Positions 18,707 to 27,997 of a stretch of DNA of 64,000 nt are shown one piece after another (position 1 is the stretch's first letter; every line of letters starts with the position of its first letter). The position numbers and the translations under genes were made by a program. Source of the stretch: an uncultured Methanosarcinales archaeon (GTDB taxonomy: Archaea > Nanobdellota > Nanobdellia > Woesearchaeales > GW2011-AR9); NCBI GenBank assembly GCA_964344235.1, contig CAYFMJ010000001.1, forward strand, positions 288,001 through 352,000. The letters run 5' to 3'. The notes under the pieces were generated by a model. The model saw nothing but the letters and a program-made list of their open reading frames with translations. It had not been told where the DNA came from and searched no databases.

Positions 18707-19774
18707 ATGATTCCAATGGCGAAGCCTCTCTTAGGTGAAGAGGAAAAGGCGGCAGTTTTGAGGGTATTAGAGTCTGGACAACTTGCGCAAGGTAGTGTTG
18801 TTAAAGAATTTGAAGAAGCGTTTGCAGCGTTTATTGGTGTGAAACATGCTATTGCTACAGGCAATGGTACAGCGGCACTACATACAGCATTAATGGCGCA
18901 TGATATCAGTCCGGGAGATGAGGTAATTACGACGCCGTTTACGTTTATTGCAACTGCCAATGCTATCAAAATGGTTGGTGCGACCCCTGTGTTTGTTGAT
19001 ATTGAAGAAGACTCATTTAATCTTAATCCGGAGCTTGTTGCTGGTGCGATTACGGAAAGAACTAAAGCGGTGCTTGCTGTTCATTTATTTGGAAAAGCTG
19101 CAAGAGTTGACCGTTTACGTGAAGTGTGTAGGGAGAATGGTTTGGTATTGCTAGAAGATGCGTGCCAGGCGCACGGGGCGACACATAATGGCGCGAACGT
19201 GGGTTCATTTGGTACAAGCTGTTTTTCATTTTATCCCACAAAAAATATGACTACTGGAGAAGGTGGCATGGTTACAACGAATAATGACGTTGTAGCAGAG
19301 AAAGCACGGTGGTTAATTGATCATGGGGCTGTAGAAAAGTATACTCATCCAATGTTTGGTTATAATTATCGTATGACGAATATTGCAGCAGCGATTGGCA
19401 TTGAACAGTTAAAGAAGTTGCATGAATTTAATGCAGCACGGCGTGGGAATGCGCTGCGGCTGAATGAAGGTCTTGCTGGAGTCCCTGGTCTTGTGTTACC
19501 AGTAGTTGAAGAGGGACATGTGTTCCACCAATATACTGTACGAGTTAACGATAGAGATGCTGTTGCAGAGTTGCTTAAAGAGAAAGGTGTTGGCTCGGCT
19601 GTGTATTATCCTATTCCAATTCATAAACAGGGTGCGTATGCAGTCTGGAACAATGTTTCGTTCCCGGCTGCGGAGAAAGCAGCAGCAGAGGTGTTATCTT
19701 TGCCCGTTCATCCAAGTGTGACCCGGGGGGAGATTGACAGAGTTATTTTAGCGATGCGTGAGGTATTGCGATGA
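18707..19774 (+). CDS. wbpE: DegT/DnrJ aminotransferase (WbpE-like)
   Basis: MIPMAKPLLG, NGTAALH, EDACQAHGA, SFYPTKNMTTGEGG, GYNYRM. Confidence 0.88.
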   Translation: MIPMAKPLLGEEEKAAVLRVLESGQLAQGSVVKEFEEAFAAFIGVKHAIATGNGTAALHTALMAHDISPGDEVITTPFTFIATANAIKMVGATPVFVDIEEDSFNLNPELVAGAITERTKAVLAVHLFGKAARVDRLREVCRENGLVLLEDACQAHGATHNGANVGSFGTSCFSFYPTKNMTTGEGGMVTTNNDVVAEKARWLIDHGAVEKYTHPMFGYNYRMTNIAAAIGIEQLKKLHEFNAARRGNALRLNEGLAGVPGLVLPVVEEGHVFHQYTVRVNDRDAVAELLKEKGVGSAVYYPIPIHKQGAYAVWNNVSFPAAEKAAAEVLSLPVHPSVTRGEIDRVILAMREVLR

Positions 19775-20751
19775 TTGAGAAGAAAAGAATAGCAGTAATT
19801 GGTCTAGGGAATATGGGGAAGCATCATGCTCGGAACTATACGCTTGTTCATGGTGTTGAGTTAGTAGCGGTTTGTGACCTTAATAGAACATTAGCTGATA
19901 CAACAGCAGCGAAGTTTGGCTGTAAAGCATATTACGATTATAGGCAGATGTTAGACCTGGAGACGATTGATGCAGTCAGTATTGTTGTGCCAACGTTATT
20001 TCATAAAGAAGTTGCATTGTACTGTTTAGAGAAAGGGATTGATATTTTAGTAGAGAAGCCGATAGCGGCTACTGTAGAGGATGCACAAGAAATTATTGCT
20101 AAAGCACAGGAGAATGGGCGGATTTTACAAGTGGGTCATGTGGAGCGATTTAATCCTGCCGTGCAGAAGCTGAAGCAGGTTATTGAAAGTGGCAAGTTGG
20201 GAGAAGTAACGTCGGTCATTGCTCGGCGGGTGGGGGCAGTTCCGGTACAAGTGAGGGATGCTAACGTTGTTATTGATTTAGCGGTTCATGATATTGATGT
20301 GATTAATTACATTTATGGGGGCTTTCCAGAGAATATTTTGGGGAATATGGGAAAAGCAATGGTTGAGCAGCGAGAGGATTATGCAGAAATCTTCTTAAAG
20401 TACGGAAATCGATCTGGCTATATTCAGGTGAATTGGATAACTCCTGTTAAGATTCGGAATCTCACCGTAACTGGGAGTCGAGGTTATGCAGAGCTGAACT
20501 ATATTACGCAGGAACTTATCGTGCATGAAAGTAATTATACTAAAGAAGTTGTTGATGAGTATGGCGATTATGTCGTAAAGTTTGGTGTGCCAGATAAAAC
20601 ACATATCGGTGTTGAAGTTGCAGAACCTCTCCTTTTAGAGTTAGACCACTTTGTTAGCTGTGTGCGGGATCGAAAAGAGCCTCTTGTTACAGGAGAGATG
20701 GGATTGCAGGCGCTACGGGTGGCTCTTGAGGTTATGAAGAATAATGGATAA
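19771..20751 (+). CDS. wbpB: Gfo/Idh/MocA oxidoreductase (WbpB-like UDP-GlcNAcA 3-dehydrogenase)
   Basis: IGLGNMGKHH, VEKPIA, VGHVERFNPA, DLAVHDID. Confidence 0.82.
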   Translation: MIEKKRIAVIGLGNMGKHHARNYTLVHGVELVAVCDLNRTLADTTAAKFGCKAYYDYRQMLDLETIDAVSIVVPTLFHKEVALYCLEKGIDILVEKPIAATVEDAQEIIAKAQENGRILQVGHVERFNPAVQKLKQVIESGKLGEVTSVIARRVGAVPVQVRDANVVIDLAVHDIDVINYIYGGFPENILGNMGKAMVEQREDYAEIFLKYGNRSGYIQVNWITPVKIRNLTVTGSRGYAELNYITQELIVHESNYTKEVVDEYGDYVVKFGVPDKTHIGVEVAEPLLLELDHFVSCVRDRKEPLVTGEMGLQALRVALEVMKNNG

Positions 20752-22414
20752 AAAAATTATTTTTCTTGTAATCCTGGGAATTCTTGTGTTCGGTTTTAGG
20801 GCTGTTAATCTAAACGAAGCCATTTATGACGATGAAGCTAACTTTGCGTATTCCTTAACAGTAATGGATGAATGGGGGTTTAATCATGATTTTCCATCTC
20901 CACAGTTGTTTAATGTTTTGTATAAACCGTTTATCGCTTTGTTTGGGTTGCAGACGTGGGTGTTTCGTTTGTTGCCTTGGCTTTTTGGTATATTAAATAC
21001 AGTTTTTGTATACTTTTTTGCCAGAAGAAATTGGGGCAAATCAGTTGCTTTTTGGTCGACACTTTTGATGTTAGTAAGTTTTTATCCAACCCTCGCATCC
21101 CTACAGTTTGATGTTGAAGGAAGTTTAGTAATGTCTGCTATTCTGTTATTATTCTTTTCGTATATCGAATCTGAAAGCGCTTATTGTGTGAGAAAAAAGC
21201 GATTTTGGCAAATTCTAGCAGGCGTGGGCCTGGGTATTGCTGTGATTTCAAAGTATAATTCTGTGTATATTGTTTTGCCTTTGTTCATATATGTTCTTAT
21301 GCGGAACAAGTGGCGCCTTAAAAATACGTTTAAGTGTCTCTTTTTGGTATATTTCTCAGGTTTTATTCTCTTTGTTGCTCAACTCCTTTTTGCTATTATG
21401 ATTGTGCCACAAGAGGCTGCGAATGCAATACCGTTTTTTTCTTGGTCAACTGGATTTGGTGCGGCATATCGTCCAGCTGGTGTCTCCTTTTTAGGGTTAC
21501 TTATGTTTTCACTGTGGGGCACGTCGCTTTTGCTCGGCTTCTATCTACTTTCATTTTGGCAACGAAGAAAGAAAACATTATTCTTTTTTTTGTGGGTTAC
21601 AGGAGCTCTCTTGTTTTACACATTGTTTTTAACGTATGGTTCAATGGATCGCTACTTTATGAACACAATTCCAGCAATGGCGATATTGGGTGGAATCTAT
21701 ATCTCGAGTCTCACCCTAAAACGAAAACACCTTTTCTTTGGAAGTGTCATCTGTTTCTTCTTTCTTATCATGCTCTTTTTGATAAACTCTTTTCCCATAC
21801 ACTATATTTCACGTTTTCCAAATCTCTATCTACAAGAACTTACGCTTTTTAACTTGAATTTTCTCTTTTCATACACCTCTGCGTCTGGGCCAACGTTTGG
21901 CGTTAATTTTGCAACAATTTTTCTTTCATTTGTGTTGGCGTTTTATTTTCTCGTGTTTTATTTATGGTATCGTCGAAAGAATAGGGCTCTTGCAAAATAT
22001 TGCTTCACAGTATTTCTTTTTGTGTCTATTGCTTTTAATCTCTTTCTCGTCTCGGAATATTTATTTCACCCTACCGGTGTTGCAGTAAGTGATGCCAAAA
22101 AAGAAATGATCTCATATGCACAACAGAATGAGCTGCCTTTTCCAATATATTCAAACGATGAGGGAATACAATGGTATTTTGATCATTACTATTGGCATAA
22201 TAAAGAGAACGTTGTGAGTTTCCCCGACAATGAAATTGGAGATGACCCTCGGTCAGCTATCGAAAGCATCAAAGAAAGAGCTGGGACAATTCTTTTGCTG
22301 CATTGGCCACCACTCCATGAAAAAAGCCCTGCGTGGGCGGTTGTTTCGTTGTGCACACAGAAAGAGGAATTTTTTTCAAAAGGACGATTGATTGGAGAGG
22401 TTTACACCTGTTAA
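20744..22414 (+). CDS. GT-C fold membrane glycosyltransferase (ArnT/PMT-like)
   Basis: IYDDEANF (DE loop motif), GIAVISKY, DRYF; many TM helices. Confidence 0.75.
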   Translation: MDKKIIFLVILGILVFGFRAVNLNEAIYDDEANFAYSLTVMDEWGFNHDFPSPQLFNVLYKPFIALFGLQTWVFRLLPWLFGILNTVFVYFFARRNWGKSVAFWSTLLMLVSFYPTLASLQFDVEGSLVMSAILLLFFSYIESESAYCVRKKRFWQILAGVGLGIAVISKYNSVYIVLPLFIYVLMRNKWRLKNTFKCLFLVYFSGFILFVAQLLFAIMIVPQEAANAIPFFSWSTGFGAAYRPAGVSFLGLLMFSLWGTSLLLGFYLLSFWQRRKKTLFFFLWVTGALLFYTLFLTYGSMDRYFMNTIPAMAILGGIYISSLTLKRKHLFFGSVICFFFLIMLFLINSFPIHYISRFPNLYLQELTLFNLNFLFSYTSASGPTFGVNFATIFLSFVLAFYFLVFYLWYRRKNRALAKYCFTVFLFVSIAFNLFLVSEYLFHPTGVAVSDAKKEMISYAQQNELPFPIYSNDEGIQWYFDHYYWHNKENVVSFPDNEIGDDPRSAIESIKERAGTILLLHWPPLHEKSPAWAVVSLCTQKEEFFSKGRLIGEVYTC

Positions 22415-22462
22415 GGATTTTAATATTAAATTGGCGACTCAGAACTGGGAAACCAAATTCAT

Positions 22463-23380
22463 TTAAAATTTATTTTTTAAGAATTTTAGGTCAACTTCTT
22501 CACGCCAGAATAAATTTCTTGCTTTGGCAAATGTGTTAAGGTTCTGCAGGTATAGACTCTGTTTTTGTGGGTCTTTAAACTCGTTCTCTAAGTTTGCTAT
22601 TTCTTCTAGTTCAACTTTAATTGTATCTTTATAGTCTTGATTTGTAAGGTGTTTTAGCATTGACTTATATTGTTGCTTTTTTAGATTAATCCCATATGAA
22701 ATATATTTTGCATTAAAGCTTGTTTTCATTCCAGCAATATTACTATCATATTGGCGATAATAAGTATAGCTATTTTTGAGGAGTTTTGCTTTATGACCCT
22801 GTGCTAAGAGAGAGGAAAAAATCCACCAATCAGTTACTACTAAGTTTGAAGTTATTGGAAATATTTTTTCAAGAAGATTAGCCCTTATTGCAGTGTTATT
22901 TAGGCCACAAAGGTTTTTTTTAATGTTATCCACAAATGAAATCGTATCTGACTTAAGTTTTTCTTGATACCAAGGTCCACTTTTTTGTTTTCCATTTTCA
23001 TATGTTGGAATGAGATCAGTAAATACAATTTCATCTGTTTGGAGAGCTTCTCTTGTTTTAGCTACTCGGTCTTTGTCAAAATAATCATCAGTATCGGTGA
23101 AAATAATCACTTTAACATTTTCCTTTTTAACTTTCTCTTGGAGTGAAGGGATAATGTATTGCCAAAGAGTGGGACCTTTCGCTCCCGGGTTTGGAACTGG
23201 AAGAATTTGAACTTTTATTTTAGAGTTTATTCGTGCAGTGACCTCTTCTGTGTTAGGATAATTATTGTCAAAAAGCCAAAGTTCGAAGTTAGTATCGGTT
23301 TGGTCATTAATGGCTTTTCTGTATTGGGGCCAAAATGGGCGCATTATGGGATACAGAACGCCAACAACTATTAATTTCAT
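22463..23380 (-). CDS. GT2-like glycosyltransferase
   Basis: QTDTNFELWLFDN, IIFTDTDDYF (DxD), YYRQYDSN. Confidence 0.68.
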   Translation of the reverse strand: MKLIVVGVLYPIMRPFWPQYRKAINDQTDTNFELWLFDNNYPNTEEVTARINSKIKVQILPVPNPGAKGPTLWQYIIPSLQEKVKKENVKVIIFTDTDDYFDKDRVAKTREALQTDEIVFTDLIPTYENGKQKSGPWYQEKLKSDTISFVDNIKKNLCGLNNTAIRANLLEKIFPITSNLVVTDWWIFSSLLAQGHKAKLLKNSYTYYRQYDSNIAGMKTSFNAKYISYGINLKKQQYKSMLKHLTNQDYKDTIKVELEEIANLENEFKDPQKQSLYLQNLNTFAKARNLFWREEVDLKFLKNKF

Positions 23381-24072
23381 TTTCTCTTTCTCTCGTCTTT
23401 AAAATTGACTGGCTTTTGATAACGAAATAATCTAGCATTGGGCATTACCATTACAGAGTTATCTTCAACGTCGGTTTGAATAATTGCTCCCGCTCCCGTT
23501 AGAACATTGTTCCCAATCTTTCTTTTTTCGATAATGCGAGTGCCCATACCAAAGAAGTTATAGTTACCAATAGTAACATTTCCACCAATGATTACACTCG
23601 TACAGAAATTACAGAAACTTCCAATATACGTGTCGTGTCCAATGACACAATAGCGGTTGAAGTAGTTAAAATCTCCAATTTCAATATCTGTTGTAAGGTT
23701 CGTTCCAACATTTATAATATTTCCCTCTCCGAACTTTACTCCTTCGGCGTCATACAAAACTGAGGGATGAATTAAGTTTGGAAATGTAATGGAACACTGA
23801 TTATACTGTTTAATCTTTTGTACAATTGTGGCCGTGGTTCGAGGTGTTCCGTTGGCGACGGCGATACAAATCTCGCTTTTACCCCGGAGGGCAGCATCGA
23901 GTGATGGAAATACTGGTAAGCCGTACACTTTTCTTCCTTTAAATTTCTTAGAGTTGTCAACAAATCCTAAGAGGTTGTAACCACCAATCTGTTTAATAAG
24001 CCAGGCAATGTGACGCCCTTGGCCTCCTGCACAGTAAACGATAATATCTAATGGGGGAACGGTCTCGACCAT
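23377..24072 (-). CDS. NeuD/PglD-family hexapeptide sugar acyltransferase
   Basis: CAGGQGR, LLGFVD, NLIHPS, IGHDTYIG, hexapeptide repeats. Confidence 0.85.
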   Translation of the reverse strand: MVETVPPLDIIVYCAGGQGRHIAWLIKQIGGYNLLGFVDNSKKFKGRKVYGLPVFPSLDAALRGKSEICIAVANGTPRTTATIVQKIKQYNQCSITFPNLIHPSVLYDAEGVKFGEGNIINVGTNLTTDIEIGDFNYFNRYCVIGHDTYIGSFCNFCTSVIIGGNVTIGNYNFFGMGTRIIEKRKIGNNVLTGAGAIIQTDVEDNSVMVMPNARLFRYQKPVNFKDERKRK

Positions 24073-24166
24073 GTGCTAGTTGAGGATATTCTCTTTTTAA
24101 TTCTTATGAAAAATATGTTGTTTATTTCTACACAACCTTCTATGGAGTTGCTATCTTCTTAGAAAA

Positions 24167-24445
24167 TTAGACTTTTTTTGTAAGAATAAAGAGGTTATCT
24201 TTGATAGGCCTGAAGCCTTTTTGCTTTAAGAAAATGATAATTGATTTAATTGAAGTTAGTCTCGAGACTTCTGCTGGCGGAATGTTTTCTTGTAAGATCT
24301 TTTCAAGGCTGGTAATAATATCAAAGTGAGCAATGGAGTCCCATTGAGTATGAGTATCGCATGACGTCTCTATGGTGATCTGGCTAGAAGTAAGGTGTAA
24401 CACTTTCTGAAATAACTGTTTTAAATTAATCGAGCTTATTACCAT
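24167..24445 (-). CDS. Acyl carrier protein
   Basis: QWDSIAH (phosphopantetheine Ser motif); about 92 aa from ATG 24445, preceded by GGTGA; overlaps the end of the adenylation enzyme. Confidence 0.8.
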   Translation of the reverse strand: MVISSINLKQLFQKVLHLTSSQITIETSCDTHTQWDSIAHFDIITSLEKILQENIPPAEVSRLTSIKSIIIFLKQKGFRPIKDNLFILTKKV

Positions 24446-25958
24446 TGTATTCACCTGCAAGAAACAGTTCACGTACTTTGTTTCGTAAAATCTTCCCCCC
24501 TCCCCCGAGAGGGAAATCATCGATGCTATATATCTCCTCTGGACATTTGTAACTGGCTAAACTATTATGACAAAATTGAACTACACTTTGAGGCTGCCCC
24601 TGCTTGCTCGATTCTTTAATTTTAACAAGCCCGATTATTTTTTGATTTCTTATCGGATCTGGGATGGCAATGGTCACTGCATTCTCAACTGTGGGGTATG
24701 CATAAAGACATTCATCGACCTCTCTAAGGGAAACGTTTTTTCCCCCGACAATTGCAATGTCCTTCTTTCTTCCTTTTAAAAAAAGGAATTCTTCCTCATC
24801 TACATAACCTAAATCTCCCGTGTCAAACCAGCTATCTTTGATGACTCTGTTAGTGTTTTCTATATCATCAAGGTACCCTGGCATTAAGCCTTCACAGCGC
24901 ACCCAAATTTCACCTTCTTGTTTGGGTTGTGTAATGACATTTCCTTGCGTGTCTCGTATTTGATATTCCGTCATAACCGGTTTGCCGACAGACCCTTTCT
25001 TACGCTTCTTTCGCCCATTAACAAACAGCTGACCAGCGGTCTCACTCATCCCGAGAGAGTCAATCATTGGAAGGTAATAAATTGCTTCAAACTTTTCTTG
25101 TACTGAAGCAGGCAGAGGCGCAGAAGATGTACGAACGAAATCCATGGAGGATATATCAAACTCTTCTTTTTGTATTTCTGAGGCGACAATGATAGAATAA
25201 TGTGTTGGGGTAGCGTTCATCCATGTAGTTTTATATTGGTCCATTAAGTTGAACGTAGTAAAAGGAGTGAACATGCCTTGTTGGTAAACTGCACTACCAC
25301 CTGTTCTTATAACAGACCAGATTGTAAAGATTTGTCCATTTGTACCAGAAAAAGGAGTTAGTGCGAGCAAACGATCTTTTGGTTTTAGTTCTAAAGAAAT
25401 TTCCAAAGATTTTGCTCCCCAAAGAACATTTTTATGGGTTGATATGATCCCCTTCGGGCTTCCAGTACTTCCAGAAGTATAAAGACAAATGGCGGGGTCA
25501 TCTTCCTCTATAACTCGATCGCTCTTTGATGTAATACCAGATGAAATGGCTTTATCAATGGGGGCGATAAGCACCTGTGTCATTGAGTTCTTAACTTTTT
25601 GGGCGAATGAAATATGTTTGGGGTGAACAAGCAAGCAGTCTGCTCGGTATTTTTTGATTAGTTCTTCTTTTTCATCGTCAAGTAATTTTTCATCAGCCCA
25701 TAGAACTAATGAACCGTGTGTGATCGCTCCAAAGTAAGCTAAGTAACCAGCTTTAGAGCGCGGTGATAGAATTAAAAGACGACTCTTTTTTGGAATATTG
25801 TTTCTGTCTAAATAGTTTGCTATAACATTAGATTTCTCAAAGAGCTCTCTATAACTAATTTCTTCGTTATCTTCTGGAAAAATCGCACAAATTTTATTTT
25901 GATACTTTTGGGCTTGTATCTTCACTAATGCAGGGAGTGAGCGAATTGACATAATCAT
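24426..25958 (-). CDS. AMP-forming acyl-CoA/acyl-ACP synthetase (class I adenylate-forming enzyme)
   Basis: YTSGSTGSPKG, LGMSET, WFDTGDLG, GRKKD, GGKILR. Confidence 0.9.
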   Translation of the reverse strand: MIMSIRSLPALVKIQAQKYQNKICAIFPEDNEEISYRELFEKSNVIANYLDRNNIPKKSRLLILSPRSKAGYLAYFGAITHGSLVLWADEKLLDDEKEELIKKYRADCLLVHPKHISFAQKVKNSMTQVLIAPIDKAISSGITSKSDRVIEEDDPAICLYTSGSTGSPKGIISTHKNVLWGAKSLEISLELKPKDRLLALTPFSGTNGQIFTIWSVIRTGGSAVYQQGMFTPFTTFNLMDQYKTTWMNATPTHYSIIVASEIQKEEFDISSMDFVRTSSAPLPASVQEKFEAIYYLPMIDSLGMSETAGQLFVNGRKKRKKGSVGKPVMTEYQIRDTQGNVITQPKQEGEIWVRCEGLMPGYLDDIENTNRVIKDSWFDTGDLGYVDEEEFLFLKGRKKDIAIVGGKNVSLREVDECLYAYPTVENAVTIAIPDPIRNQKIIGLVKIKESSKQGQPQSVVQFCHNSLASYKCPEEIYSIDDFPLGGGGKILRNKVRELFLAGEYNGNKLD

Positions 25959-26040
25959 TTGAAAAGTTTAGTTTTTTTAAATCTTTAGAAACTCTTTTTG
26001 TGAAGACGAGTCTTTATTGGGCACCTTGTTTTAAGATCTT

Positions 26041-26424
26041 TTACTTTCTTACGTACTTCTTGGAAACTATTGCAAATGCAAGCGCATATTCTGGAGTATG
26101 TGATAAAGAGACCTTTACCTGAAAACGATTTTGTATTTCGGGATAATGGATGAATACATTTGGTGAGCCATCTTCTTTTTTTTTTACTTCAATACATTTG
26201 AGGTCACCTTTAAAATCAATCTTTAGAACAAGGCCCATCAAAGCTTTAAAAACTGCTTCTTTGGTTGCAAAACGGGCTGCTAGATGTTGAGCTGGGTCTG
26301 TTTTTGAAAAGCAATAATCAAGCTCAGCCTGCCAGAATATTTTTGTGAGAAAGTTTTTATTTGATAATTTCTCTTTAAATCTGGAGATTGCACAAATATC
26401 TGTTCCAATAGCGAGGACTTCCAT
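26041..26424 (-). CDS. acpS: Holo-ACP synthase (AcpS-type phosphopantetheinyl transferase)
   Basis: IGTDI, LAARFATKEAVFKAL, DGSP, VSLSHT. Confidence 0.92.
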   Translation of the reverse strand: MEVLAIGTDICAISRFKEKLSNKNFLTKIFWQAELDYCFSKTDPAQHLAARFATKEAVFKALMGLVLKIDFKGDLKCIEVKKKEDGSPNVFIHYPEIQNRFQVKVSLSHTPEYALAFAIVSKKYVRK

Positions 26425-26448
26425 ATTTCATGTTTTTTTAAGACAAAT

Positions 26449-26475
26449 TTATGTAACTTATGTAACTTATATAAA
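26449..26475. repeat. 9-bp direct repeat TTATGTAAC x2 plus a degenerate third copy (TTATATAAA)
   Basis: Read directly at 26449-26457, 26458-26466 and 26467-26475, in the divergent acpS/hydrolase intergenic region. Confidence 0.6.
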
Positions 26476-26650
26476 TTCTATTTTACTAAAATTATATGTT
26501 GTTTTTATTGTTGACCTAGAATGTTTCACAACGCTTAAATATAAATGTGTTGGGTAATCTCAAGACACGTATTGTATTATTATAGTGGGTTGTTAAGGGA
26601 AGTTTTTGCTGTGTTTGTGTGGATAGTAATAAAGCTTGTAGCAATAAAAA

Positions 26651-27433
26651 ATGGAACAAGAAATCTATTTTCCAACATCAACATCCGATTTGTTATTTGG
26701 AAAGCTTCAATGTCCAGAAGTTGGTGATTTTGGGCCAAAAAGGCGAAAGCTTGTTATTCTATCTCACGGTTATGGTTCGCATTTAGATGCTCGGACAACG
26801 CAAATTGGTGTCGTTGGTGCTCTCTATAAGCGGGGAATTGATACTTTTAGATTTTCGTTCTGGGGAAGCAGCCATTCTGCAGGCAATTTTGAGAAGAATA
26901 CCCTTACGCAATATATCTCTGACCTTGAGGCTGCAGTGCGTTATGCGCGAGAAGTTCTGGGATATCACCACATAAGTTTGTATGGCTTTAGTTGTGGAGG
27001 TACTATTTCGCTCCATGTTGCAGCCAAAGATCCTACTATCGAAAAGGTTGCAGTTGTCGCTCCAGTTCTTGATTATCCTGCACAAAGAAGACGTAGACTT
27101 GGTGATCTTGTAATGAAGCACTGGGAGGAGAGTGGAAAGTTAGAGTTTCCCAATTATGGTGAGGAAAAACATGTTCATTATTACTTCATAGAAGATGCTT
27201 ACCAGCATATTCTCTTAGATGAAGAAGCGACGGTTAATAGGTTGTTAGAAATCTCCCAACCAGTATTACTTCTCCATGGGACGGCGGATTCAGAAGTCCC
27301 CTTTTCGCAAAGTCTTCGTGCTCACGAATCCTTGCCTTCTTCGGAAGTTAGATTATTTGAGGACGATGATCATTGGCTTAGAGCGAATCGTCAGGAGGTT
27401 GATGGGTACATTGCAGAATGGTTGTCTCAGTGA
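26651..27433 (+). CDS. Alpha/beta hydrolase (esterase/thioesterase-like)
   Basis: SHGYGS oxyanion motif, GFSCGG nucleophile elbow, HGTADSEVP, DDDH. Confidence 0.85.
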   Translation: MEQEIYFPTSTSDLLFGKLQCPEVGDFGPKRRKLVILSHGYGSHLDARTTQIGVVGALYKRGIDTFRFSFWGSSHSAGNFEKNTLTQYISDLEAAVRYAREVLGYHHISLYGFSCGGTISLHVAAKDPTIEKVAVVAPVLDYPAQRRRRLGDLVMKHWEESGKLEFPNYGEEKHVHYYFIEDAYQHILLDEEATVNRLLEISQPVLLLHGTADSEVPFSQSLRAHESLPSSEVRLFEDDDHWLRANRQEVDGYIAEWLSQ

Positions 27434-27436
27434 ACC

Positions 27437-27997
27437 TTATCCTTGTTTCTTAATCTTTCTAATATCTATATAATCTATCCCTAAATTCTTAGCAGCATTC
27501 TCATCAGATGTTGAATTTCCGATAAAAAGAATTTTTGGGATTGCAGTGTCGAAATATCTTCTAATTATCAAAAACCCTTCTGAGTTTGGTTTTGTAAAAT
27601 TAACTTGGTCTTTACCAACAATTAATCCAATTCTTTTTCCAATGGCGAATTTTTGCAAGACTTCTCTGATAACTGAAGACTGATTTGATGACCAGACCAC
27701 CTGTGGCCCAAGGAATTCTTTCATGATACTCTTGCACTTCTCATTTTCTTTAAAACCATTAACTCCTTGCGATTCGAACTGGTAGGCGATTTCATTAAAC
27801 TCTTTCTTCCCTACTTCTCCTAATCTTTCATACACAGTGCTTGCACCACCCGAGTAACTCGTGAAATCAATATCCATGTTGTGTTTCTCTAAGAAATGGT
27901 TATGTAATGCCGACCGAAGAGCGGCCCAATCAACATCTAATTTTCCGATTGTGCCATCAAAGTCCAAGATCAGCAAGTCATATCGTTGGAAATCCAT
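27437..27997 (-). CDS. HAD-superfamily phosphatase
   Basis: LDFDGTI, WSSN, KPNSEG, FIGNSTSD. Confidence 0.82.
   Translation of the reverse strand: MDFQRYDLLILDFDGTIGKLDVDWAALRSALHNHFLEKHNMDIDFTSYSGGASTVYERLGEVGKKEFNEIAYQFESQGVNGFKENEKCKSIMKEFLGPQVVWSSNQSSVIREVLQKFAIGKRIGLIVGKDQVNFTKPNSEGFLIIRRYFDTAIPKILFIGNSTSDENAAKNLGIDYIDIRKIKKQG

Noticed and set aside
24496-24508. C-rich run CCCCCCTCCCCC as a contingency locus
   Set aside because: The run is interrupted and simply encodes the LGGGGK loop of the adenylation enzyme.
24167-26424. NRPS/PKS or fatty acid synthase cluster
   Set aside because: No ketosynthase, condensation or reductase domains are present, only a stand-alone adenylation enzyme, ACP and PPTase.
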